Assembly (NCBI RefSeq): GCF_018350175.1
Contig: NC_058368.1
Coordinates: 182,220,001-182,284,000, forward strand
Origin: Felis catus
Lineage: Eukaryota
DNA length: 64,000 nt
Direction: 5' to 3'
The translations under genes were made by a program, and so were the position numbers. The notes beneath the pieces were generated by a model. The model searched no databases. It saw only the letters and a program-made list of their open reading frames with translations, and was not told the DNA's origin. Shown piece by piece: positions 26,492 through 37,806 of this stretch; within the stretch, counting starts at the first letter, position 1; each line of letters opens with the position of its first letter.

Positions 26492-26700
26492 GGGGCACCT
26501 GGGTGTTTCTCTTGGTTAAACATCTCACTCTTGGTTTTGGGCCAGGTCATGATCTCACCGTTCTTAAGATCTAGCCCCATGTGCAGCTTTATGCTGACAG
26601 CACGGAACCTGCTTGGTATTCTCTCTGTCCCTCTCTCTCTGCCCCTCCCCTGTTTACACTTTCTCTCTCTCTTAAAATAAATGAACTTTAAAAAATATTA
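26492..26700 (+). mobile_element. Can-SINE, older subfamily
   Basis: GGGGCACCTGGGTG head, AGGTCATGATCTCAC, (CT)n, A tail. Confidence 0.9.
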
Positions 26701-28368
26701 AAAAGACATTATATGTTAACTATTCCTCTCCCTTTCTGTCTTTCGTAGCCCTACTTCCACCTACCCTGATAACCTATCTCTTCCTTTCCAGCACACCGAC
26801 TTTTTAAAGCATTAATGGAATCAGACGCTTCTTTGTTGAAAAAATATATATTTTGATAGTTTTTTAAATGTAATTTGAGAACTTCACTAAGAGTTCTCAG
26901 TAGACATTTCTGCACTTCATCTTTTAGTTTAAAACATCCAACTAACCTGTCTAGCTTGGTTGTTGACCCAATTTAAGTTAAGATTCCTATCATAAACCTC
27001 TGACTGTCCGTCCACTCTGGCATTTTGATTTTATTTGAAACTCAGAGTCAAAATGTTTACAATAACTTATTACATGTCATTGTGATTACTGGCTAAGCAC
27101 TTGGAAATAATAAAAAATAATATATATGGAAGTATACCAGCACAATACCAATTCCTCAAGTTGTAGGTGGGTTGAAAAATCTAAGTGAAAAAAAATAATA
27201 AAATAAAATAGATTTTATGAGGATTTTTGAGGCAGAGAAAGATGGGCTTTCTAAACTTGAGGTCTAAGTAATATTGTTAATTGTGAAAAGGAAATTGTAA
27301 AATCTCATTAAGATAATATACATATATTTAAGTGGGTATAAGAAAAAAGTATGGGGAGAATAGTATCAAACTCTTAAAAATGAGATGGGTGTTGGCATGG
27401 GCGACAACAGACATTTGTAACACATGTGATGCATCTCTACACTGTTTGCCTTTGTTACAGTAGTTACAATAGTGTTATTACTATTTGTAATTAGTAAAAG
27501 CTGGTAACAATAACAAAGGAGCAGAAGTTGCTCCTTCTTTATCATGACTACTTTTGTTCAATTTTACAAAGTAAGTAATAAAAAAAGTTCTCAAATATAT
27601 GTTAACCTTTCAGTGCAATGCTTCTCATGTTTGGACGTGAGAATAAGCAGCTTGCCTGACATTATGAGATTACGAAATACATAGAACAGTGTATATAATG
27701 GCACCCAGTGAGATGTCATTAGCTAGAAGGAAAGACATATGTCATAGGCTGTCAACTATATACACACTATTTTCAAGGGGGGAGGTACCAATTTTATATA
27801 TGCAAGCCAGCATTATAGATGATGTGATTGAAGAAATCTAAAACAGTCTCATAAAGGGACAAAAGGAACTTGAATTTCATCCCAGAATTTTAAATGAAGG
27901 ATTTTAATTACACTGTCATTATGTCATTGTAAGAAATTCATTTCCACGGAATTAAAGATTTCTGACTCTAGATATACATTGTCATATATCTAAATGATAC
28001 CTGTGCTATTGAAAAGCATAGGCATAAATCAAATGAAATGCAGTTTGTTAAAATTCTAAAAAGAATGAATCCTGATAAAATATTTATGGATTTATAAGTT
28101 TTTGAATCCATTAAACAAAATAATATCCTAAATAGTTTGATTGCTGATGGCATATACTTGATTTGTCCAGACTATTGAGAATAGATTGGCTGGTAAGTAT
28201 ATTTATATAAATCAATCCCAAATGTCTGTCCCACATTAAAATTGATGAACATGGCATTCAGGCAAATGCAACCAGCCATTGGGGAAGAGCGTATCTTGGC
28301 TTCTATTGCAATACTGAGAAACTGGTCTATGCTGTGTCCAAGTCATGAGCCTTTTGGCAGTGACAATT

Positions 28369-28369
<1 letters not shown>

Positions 28370-28403
<34 letters not shown>
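28370..28403. repeat. (CA)n microsatellite
   Basis: Perfect CA run. Confidence 0.95.
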
Positions 28404-28405
<2 letters not shown>

Positions 28406-30250
28406 TTGGCCTGCAAAAATAATTCTAGTTCTTTTTTCTCCTTCATGAACTAAGTAAATTCATGAACTAGACAAATGGATAGACAAATTCATGAACTAAG
28501 TAAAATGTCAAATTGTTTACTCCCATTGAAAATGCTATCTAGATAGGTACCCACCTAGTTAACTATGTATTGTGTAAGACTTAAATGCACTTGGAAACTC
28601 TGTACATGAACTCCCAGAACTATATAGGACACCTGTTTTCATACATCCAGTCTCTTAAGGCTTCAAACCAGCAACTTCAAGATTGTCGTACATTTTGGAT
28701 AAGGTCCAGGCAAAACATCACTCAGCCAACATACTAATCTGATATAGATAAAAAGCTGTAGCTTTGGTAGTGTTGGGGGGCGGGAGGTGGGGTAATTTCA
28801 GCAGGAGGAAGATTGGACTTAACTAAATGTTTGTGATTGTGTTGCCTTAATTGAGAGTATAAAAGACATTCTCAATATTTTGCCAAAATTCAGAATACCT
28901 GCGAGAATTCTTGACTCAATACTCTTAATGAGTATAGAAAAAAAACACTGGAACTCCAGAGAAGACTAGTAATGAGACTGGTTCATTCCTCTGAGCAAGG
29001 ATGGATTTTGCATGAACTGTGTATGCACTTGGTGGTCACAGAAACACACTGGACCCCTCCTAATTACCTTAAGTTTGTTTGACCCTGTACATTCATGTTC
29101 TTTTTCCTTCAAAGACATGGAAATACCAAATTTACTAATAATTTACAGTTAGAAATATGTTCAGGGTGGGTAACATGTAATCTTGCCACAGATAATGTAG
29201 CTAATATGTAACATGTAGTAGGTATAGATAAGCTTTAAACTTTCAACCCTTTGTTCTGGCTGTAAAATGTCAGTTGGACCCATTTTGGTGCTTTTTATTA
29301 CTGCATCAAAACCATGCTGTGAATTTGTAGCTGCCATAAATGCTTAATGTAAGAGCTCATTGTGCAATAAAGTGTCAGAACACTGTTTTTAAACACGTTT
29401 TTAAAGCAACATTTTACAGCTTACATTTTTTCCCACTGCGTACTATAAAAAGTACAGATTTTCAATGTCACATTCATAAGAAATGCATAATCGTTCCTGG
29501 GAAAGCCAAGTATGGTGAGAATTAAACGGTTCCTCCTCAACCTTTTTATAAACCCTGCTTTTCCTATCCCTTTTGGCAAGACCACTCTGTCTTCCTCAAA
29601 GGAGAAAACTGCAAACTTGGATGAACATAGAGTATTCAGAGACGAATGTGGGGGCTTTGATCCTCAAGTGATTTAAACCTTTAAACATGAATATGAACAC
29701 AAAGAAAAACAGAAAGATGTGGATCTCCCAATTTTCATCTCAGGTTACCTTGCAATATCATAAAATCACTTTATTGTAAGTTACCACCCCAAATATCCAA
29801 ACCCTCTTTTTTGTTGTTGTTGTTGAAAGACACTATTTTTCTTCCTTATTTTCAGCTGGACTTTTATTTTAATGTGAAATCTCTCTTCCTGCCATCTTAC
29901 CAACATTGTCATTCTCTTATAGTTAAAAGAATTACTTTATTTCATGTAGTGGTCAACTTTTGAGAATCAATACAACCTTGTGATTTTTTTTTCTTATTTT
30001 TCTTGTTATCTTGAATTTTTCTTATTATCTTGAATTAACTATCAGTCCTTGTGGCCACAGTCTTCTAGGAGGCAAACTAAAGTTCTGTTAGGAAGAATTT
30101 TCACTGTAAACCTCAACCACCTTTTGTCAGGCATAAATTTGTTAATCCTAAACTGAAAAGTATCACAGGATTTATATCTGGAACTTCTGTTTCCACCTAT
30201 GATTGGCAATGTCCTGTAACTATGAGTACAACCAAATTCTCTCCATTTTT

Positions 30251-30454
30251 TATTTATTTTTACTTTTTAAAAAGTTTATTTATTTATTTGAGAGAAACAG
30301 AGACAGGATGAATGGGGGAGGGGCAGAGAGTGGGGAAAGAGAGAACACTACCAGCGCAGAACCTGACAAGGGGCTCAAACTCACCAAACTGCGGTTCATA
30401 ACCTGAGTCGAAATCAGGAGTCAGACACTTAACCATCTGAGCCACCCGGGCACT
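30251..30454 (-). mobile_element. Can-SINE
   Basis: polyT/(TTTA)n tail, GAGCCACCCGGGCAC head; TSD TCTCCA(T/C)TTTT. Confidence 0.9.
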
Positions 30455-30809
30455 CTCCACTTTTTAAAATTTACTTGGATGCAGTCAAGGAATTGTTCCT
30501 ATAACTAATTTTTTATATCTCCATGGTCTGATCAGAACCTTTTGGAGGGCTGGCAGATGAGAACATGTTTTTCTTGTGGGATGGTTTCCTCCTGAAAACA
30601 ATTCACTATGAATCTACAGGTATGAGAGAAGAAACTTTGTTATTATTCACCATTATATCACCATTATGTTACAGTTTGGCACAAGTCTGAGTATACTGTA
30701 GGCACTCAGTAAGTACCTGCTGAACACGTGAAATGAGTAAATTTGAATAAATGAGTAAAAGAAAATACATTCATACAATCATTACTTTTTTATTATTGTC
30801 CAAAGATGA

Positions 30810-30925
30810 GAACCAGGTATTGTATGGAAGTGATGAATCACTGTATTGTACACCTGAAACTCATATTGCACTGTATGTTAACTAACTGGAATTTAAATAA
30901 AAACCTAAAAAAAAAACTAAAAAGA
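30810..30925 (+). mobile_element. Very short L1 3' end (carnivore)
   Basis: GTATGGAAGTGATGAATCACTGTATTGTACACCTGAAACT...AATTTAAATAAAAA plus A tail. Confidence 0.85.
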
Positions 30926-32715
30926 AGTTTGATTTTAGATCTGTAAGTTACCACATTAGCATGATCACATTAGCATGAAATAACGACAAATTTGCCTCAA
31001 GATCAAACTTAAATGTAATCTGCAAAGTGCACTGACATTGTGAGTCCAGAAAAATGGCTCAACTCCTAAGAGCCTGAGAACATTTTTTTTTATTCACTTG
31101 AGTCTTCTCTTTGTCCCTAACTCAAGCATGAAGTTACTTTTTCCCTAACTCAAAAACAAGGTGTCATGAAACAGATGAAAGGTACTTTTGGAGTCAACTG
31201 AGCAACCAATTAACTTCCTTGAACATAAACCTAACTAGAAAAAAAAAAAAAAGGAAAATTCAAATCTTGTAATGACTTTCACAAGGGACTGGGTCCTTTG
31301 AAACAACTGCCATGGAGAATAACAACACTTACTTTTAAGCTACTCTTGGTAAACATGGAAATAAGTTGGTGATTCATTCTTATTCAGAGGAAAGCATTTA
31401 ATTTTTTTTTTTTAAGCCCAAAGAAAAGTGCCAACTATAAAATGCCAAAGAGATTAAAAGGGAGTGCAGACATACATGAGTAGCCTTTAAAAAAGTTACT
31501 TTTACATTCCAACCAATTTTCTTTCTTTTTTTTTTTTCTTTTGGCCACATGGCATGTATCTGTTTAATATGCATGAAGTTGGCACAAATGTTTTTTTCCT
31601 ACTAGCTAGTGACAACATAAGCATTTGTAATGCACAACATTTTTCTGTGTTCTAAGGTATTACAATTTACTACTCATTTAATTTTTTAGAATGTGTTCTA
31701 ACTATAGAGGTTGAATCTTTAAGCCATCCCAATCATTGCCTGAAGTTTGTCATTTATAATTTATTAGAAGTAGTGATACCAATGAAAACTACAACATACT
31801 AGAGATTAGGAGAGACCAAAATATTAAAACTCTCATTAGTTGCTTTAGCTTCCATTAGTTTTTATTTGGCTCCTTTTTGATGCTAAGTATATGAGTGAGT
31901 GTGCATTTAATACAGCACTATTTTTTCCAAAAATAATTTTGAAAATTTAAATAATTGTATAAGATAATAAATCCTACCTGCAGTGTCAACCCTGGATTTG
32001 CTCTTTCTCCTCTTAAGCTAGTTTTACTCTACCATTTTATGCCCTTTGACCTTCATTGTGTTGAAATTCCTGAATTACTTTCATTGAAGCATCTTTGGGT
32101 TGATAAGTTGTTCAATCCATGAAATTCTATTTAGGGAGTTAAGGTATTAAAATGATCAGAAAAAATAATATTAACCTCTGAGAATTAAATCCTCCAAGCC
32201 TTCCATTCTGAAGTGCTAAACAGATAAAATTCCGTTAAGAGAGTGAAGGTAGATTGACAACAATGTTCTAAATTATTATATTCTATTTGGTGATAAATGG
32301 CATGTAATATCATAGTCTGCACAAGCATCCCACTTCAGTCTCAGCAGCACATAAGAAAAGACAAAGGAGAAACATGGTGGTAATTGGAAGAACATTGCTC
32401 AGGGCAAAGCTTCTGGAGAACACCAAGAAAAAGACCTTGATGTCATAACATTAATACCAGTCAATAAGGTCCCTGTTGTTCAAATACGAAGCATGCTATA
32501 AGAGGCCTTGGGAGATTGCTTCATTCTGTACTGATACCAAATAGTAGACAAATTGCCTTGTGTTAAACTATCCAATACCTTAAGTGGATTACATTTCATA
32601 TGATCACAAAACCTCTGTGACTACTTCTTCCTCATTTGGTGGAGTTCATAAATGACTATGTGCTTTTCCTTGCAGAGACAAAGGTTAGGATTCCCTTAGC
32701 AGAGAAACTGGTATG

Positions 32716-32947
32716 TATGTATGTTTATTTGTTTGTTTGTTTGTTTATTTATAGTTTTTAATTAATGTTTATTTTTGAGAGAGAGAGAGCACAAGCGGGG
32801 GAGGAGCAGAGAGAGAGAGGCACAGAAAGTGAAGCAGGTTCTGAGCTGTCAGCACAGAGCCTGTCACTGGGCTCGAATCCACAAACTGTGAGATCATGAC
32901 CTGAGCTGAAGTCAGACACTTAACTGACTGAACCACCTAGGCCCCCC
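32716..32947 (-). mobile_element. Can-SINE
   Basis: TSD AAA(C/T)TGGTATG at 32705-32715 and 32949-32959. Confidence 0.92.
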
Positions 32948-33428
32948 TAAATTGGTATGAATTTTAAACAAAAATTTTACTCAAAGTTTTCAACATGGTT
33001 TTTAAAAAGTATGTAATTTTCACACCTTAATTTTCCATGTTCCTATACTTTCAAGATGGAAAGAAAGCCCAATATCAAGATAGGTAGCTGGTATAGGTAA
33101 AATTATAGTTCATTCATTTCTTAATTTTTTCCCACTATTCAACAAGTATTATTAAGCACCAGGGATTTAGCAGAGAGCAAAACAGATAAACCTAGAAAAT
33201 AAGTAATGAAACAAAAAAACGAAGTATAGATCAAATTGTTGTAACTGAAATAAAAAACTACGTAAAGTTTAGATAGTAGAGAGAGAAGGAGTACAAGAGT
33301 CTTATTATCGAGGGAATGGTGGAATATTCAAAAATCTTAACTGAGTGAGAAAGAAAGCCACAGGGCTATTTAGATGGGGAGAAATAGGTTTTACTTCCAT
33401 AAGTGGTTTAGAAAAAGTTTACGGCAGA

Positions 33429-33450
33429 AAGCCGCCACCATGGGGCGAAA
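33429..33450 (+). promoter_or_regulatory. Candidate CTCF-like motif overlapping a perfect Kozak string
   Basis: CCACCATGGGGCG versus consensus CCASYAGRKGGCR (one core mismatch); local CpG cluster. Confidence 0.35.
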
Positions 33451-33979
33451 ATGCCCGAAGTTAGCTAGTGAGATATTGTAACAGGATCACCAGTAACTTG
33501 TTATGTCACCTGCAGGAAACTACTTTCCATCTGATACTAATATACCTTGATCACAAACACCACTTGCTCCCCAGACCCTTTGCTTCTTACACGTTAACAA
33601 TTGCTTTCTGATTGTTTCCTTCATGTTCATCTTCACATTCACCACATGTAAGATCTTGTTTTCTTCATGTTCACCACATATCTTGAGTGCTCAATAAATA
33701 TGGAGACAAAACCCCTATTTGGGGCTCTTGGTCTCCTCCCAGACATTAGCCTCTCTCATATTCAGTTCTGCGTCCACTCTCTTGCTGGACAAGAGAGAAC
33801 TCCAGACTCACAGTCTGTGACATTTAGAGGTCAAAGTTCTTTAGGCAGGGGGACTGGAGAAGAACTGATGTGCTTTTTCACCCACACTAAAGGGCTCCCA
33901 TCTCCATGACATATCAAATGCGTTATCCTGAACACAGCTGTTCTCTTCTAGGTATCTAACATGGATGATATACTTCTAT

Positions 33980-34320
33980 CTCCATGTATTTTCATTGCAA
34001 CATGTTATTGTTATTGTTAATGTTGAAAACCACCTAAATCTCTATCAACATCAATAAATTATGACTCATCTACACTATGAAAAACTCAGTGGCAACTGAA
34101 AAATAAGCAGGTCAATCTATAGGAATTGACATGAGAAGATCTCCAAAAATATTGCTTTGTGAAAAAATTAGTTACAAAAATATATAGAATATGATTTTAT
34201 GCTTTTTTCAGATATTCTGAAACTTTAAATATAACTATAAAAATCCAGGTATTAATTTTCATGCAAAATAATCAAAACAAAAAAGGTCCTTTCTAAAAAT
34301 ATGTAACTGGTGACATTCTT
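33980..34320 (+). mobile_element. Ancient L1ME 3' fragment
   Basis: AAACCACCTAAATCTCTATCAAC, AATAAATTATGACTCATCTACACTATG, GACATGAGAAGATCTCCAAAA. Confidence 0.65.
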
Positions 34321-34332
34321 TGTGTTGAACTT

Positions 34333-34363
34333 TTTTTTTAAGTGTTTATTTATTTATTTACAT

Positions 34364-34408
<45 letters not shown>

Positions 34409-34571
34409 GCATGAACTGGGAAGGGGAAGAGAGAGAGAAAGAGAATCCCAAGCAGGATCCCCGCTGTCAGCCCAGAGCCTAACGCACATCTCCATCTCAC
34501 AAATGGGGAGATCATGACCTGAGCTGAAATCAAGAGTCAGACACTTAACTGACTGAGCCACCCAGGTGCCT
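34333..34571 (-). mobile_element. Can-SINE with a long (GA)n
   Basis: Complete antisense SINE; TSD-like TGTGTT..ACTT. Confidence 0.92.
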
Positions 34572-35539
34572 CTGTGTTAGACTTCTTAAGAGAAAAGTGT
34601 TCTTGAAAAATGTTTAAATATAAATATACATTAAATAATCTTACCATAGGAATATTCCTACCAACATGTTTGTGGTTAAACCATATATATACATGTGTAC
34701 ATATATACATATATATATATATAGACATGATTCTGCATATCCACAGTACCTTTAATGTAAAATGTCTTAAAACTTTTAAAAGGAATAAACAACTACACGA
34801 AGAAAATACATTTTAGAATTTGAAGAGTATATTTTAGAATTTAGAAGGCATGAATTTTACACACTTCTTCAAAAATATTTTTACTTTTTTAATACTTAAA
34901 TAATGTTATACATTTTTATCTTAGGTCTAGTATACTATTAACTACTGATATTATTAACTACTGGCATTGCTACATAGAGCCCAATAATAAAAAGTAGAAA
35001 GAAAAATGGGGAAGTTAACTCATGTAAGCCAAATGCAGGTTTGGTTTAAGCCTGCTTGCTGGCGCCCTTTAACTTCGTATGATAATTAGTTCTAATTAGT
35101 GTTTTAGCGAATTTATAATTTCACCACAATGTCAAGAGTTAGAACCCTTAATTTTCTATAAAAAATAAATCATATTCACTTGAGGCTTTTGTTTGCTAAC
35201 CAAACATTAAAGGAATCCTTGAAATTTCTTTAGAAATTGGCCCTTTTTGGGGTTTTAAAAAATCTGCAGCTGCCAAGTTTTACCTTTTCCCATAAACCGC
35301 TTTATGTGGGTGGGTTAACACAAATGTAGTACAAGCCTAAAAAAGCTGATGTTCTTTCATAAAACGTGGATTGGGGCAAGAGTATCGCAAAACCACTCCA
35401 AAGTAAATAGAACAGCTCACGTTGGTTTTGATTAAACATCTTAGAGAGGATAGTTGCTGGAGAACATAAACTAAATGAATGATCAGGACTTTTGCGAAGC
35501 AATGGTATAAATAATTTCTCTCAAGCATTCTGACTTATT

Positions 35540-36100
35540 ATTCTATTAGTGCAGCGTGGTTTCACTCAGATTTGATTTGCTCTCAGCCAATCAGCAGTCT
35601 CATGTTCGGTATTCCAATCAGCTATAATTCAGCCAGCATTATGACAGTTTAAGAACCAGCTTTAGAGCTTAATATGCCAGTGTTTCCGTCGCACGCATCA
35701 GTAAAAGCTGGTGTCCTAATCCGCGGATGGACCTGCTCAACTGCATTGCGAGACACCAACACACCACGCAGGTGGCTGTAGTCTTAATTAAGTGAAGAAC
35801 ATCCTCCCTAAGGGGCTGGGATCAGTTAGATCAGGCTGTCTCTTACAACTGCAGCCCCCTGCCCCCCCCCCCCCCCACAATGGAGACTGATTGAGTCTCT
35901 GACGGTGCGGGTGGATGCAGTTCTAGCTCTCAGGAATTTCTAAGAAGTGAGCTGTTCCAGTACTATGTTTTCTGAATTCCTTTCAGAATTGTGTATGCAT
36001 GCACATGCACGTGTATGTGTTTACTGTTTAAGGGGAAAATGCCAGAGAGGGGTGCTAGGGCGCCCTGCAAACGCATGGCATGTTTTTAGCGTCCGGTACA
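35540..36100 (+). promoter_or_regulatory. Candidate promoter/enhancer with two CCAAT boxes and local CpG enrichment
   Basis: AGCCAATCAG (35585-35594), TTCCAATCAG (35612-35621), TATAATT (35623-35629); many CpGs outside any recognisable repeat. Confidence 0.5.
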
Positions 36101-37759
36101 CACAGCAATCTAAACACAGATGGTTCTGGAATATCATTTTGTGATGTGAAAGAGGATCATGAGACTTTTTTTTGTCAGAGGGGCTGATGTTAGAAAGTTA
36201 TAAAAAAAAAAAAAAAACACTCACTGAAACCTAAAGATATAAGAACTCTGAGATTCATAGCCTGCCATAGCCACTTGTGGTATTTAAGTTACATATGTGG
36301 GTATTTTGGCACAGGTTGGAGATTTTTAAGTGGTAGATAGACACCTTAGAAAAGATAGAAGTAAAAGAGATTCTTCTCCCTTATAGAAAGCAGGCTTAAA
36401 CCAAACTTGCATTTTTTTTTTTACATGATTTAACTGTTCCCTATTTTTTCCTGCTTTTTATAGAGGACTAAGAAGAGGAAGAAAGAAGAATAAAAAAAGA
36501 AAAAAAAACAATGAAAGTAGAAGTGGCAGCAACAAAGGCCTTCACCTGCTGCTTCTCCTTCTTTTGAAATATCTTTCCCCTCTTGTCTGTCTCTTGAGTT
36601 TGATTGGCAGGTTCATCAGGATGAGAGGAAAATCACCTGAGAAATTAAGGCACTGGGTTCCTTATCAATCATAGTGACAGATGGAATTGAGTATGGCTTT
36701 TGTTTGTGGGTTGGTTTGGCAAGACTTCCCTGGGTCAATTCCATCTCAGTATTTGCAATTAAATGTCAAATGTGATAGGAAAAAGAAATTGCAAATGGGC
36801 ATGTAGATGGATTGACCACCATATTATTTTTCTGCTTTCATAAATTATTTGAAAATGATGCTCTCAGGAATGAACAGCTAAGGGAGCACACTGCATGCAT
36901 TGGAATAGATCAGACAGGAAAAGAAAAATATATGTACAGATACTGAAAAGAAGTTTCACATAACTTTGTAAACCAAACGATACTCTAACATTGTACAAGG
37001 TGACCTGTGATACACAGGAAAGATTTATCCCTCAGTGGTTAAAATTCATGTCAGCCCTGGTAGGAGAGTTCATGTCCACGCTGGATCTAGGTTCAGCTGG
37101 GTGCAAGTGACATGGATTTTACTAGAATAACTTACAAAAAGCAAAATGGAAAGCTTCCATTTCTAGTGTCATCACTAATATAAAATCTACACAAGTAAAT
37201 AGCTCCAATACTGAGACAAATTCAATTTTGCTTTTGCCATTCATCATGTTAGAGTACCCAGGAAAGTACACTATTTTCTTTACAGGAAGTATTTCTCAGT
37301 TTTGACATGGGCTCTTTAAAATTGGCTTAGAAAACATTTTTTAAAGCCACCTTTCTTCCCTCCTCTCCATATTATAAAGGGTTTTATAAATATGTTATAC
37401 AATGATAAACTCATTGACTATTTGATATCCTGTCAGTAGCATGGATCTGACATCTTTCAGAAGTAATAGCCTGATTGGCCAATGTTTTTCGATGTAATTA
37501 AAACTGTAGCCTCCAAACTGAAAATTGTTTGATAAATGTGTGTTTTCCCATTTTGCTTAAAAGGAACCTATTATATGAGCAGCTGCCTTTTGACTGATAT
37601 TAATGCTAAAGTGAAGTTTATTATATTACAAATAAAATGAAGCCAGCTTTTAATATTAGGCTGAAAAGTATTGTTATGCAGCATGAGAAGTGAACTTTGA
37701 CTCCAGCAAGAAAACTGATTTATAGAATAAAATGCAGAGACACAGTCTTTAAAAATGCC

Positions 37760-37760
<1 letters not shown>

Positions 37761-37805
<45 letters not shown>
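37761..37805. repeat. (CA)n microsatellite
   Basis: Perfect AC run. Confidence 0.95.

Positions 37806-37806
<1 letters not shown>

Noticed and set aside
25867..27538. 8-bp hairpins at 25867-25888 (AATGTCAG/CTGACATT) and ~27517-27537 (AAGGAGCA/TGCTCCTT)
   Set aside because: Stems this short are expected by chance at this sequence length
36040..36068. Second CTCF-like string CCAGAGAGGGGTGCTA
   Set aside because: Several mismatches in the motif core
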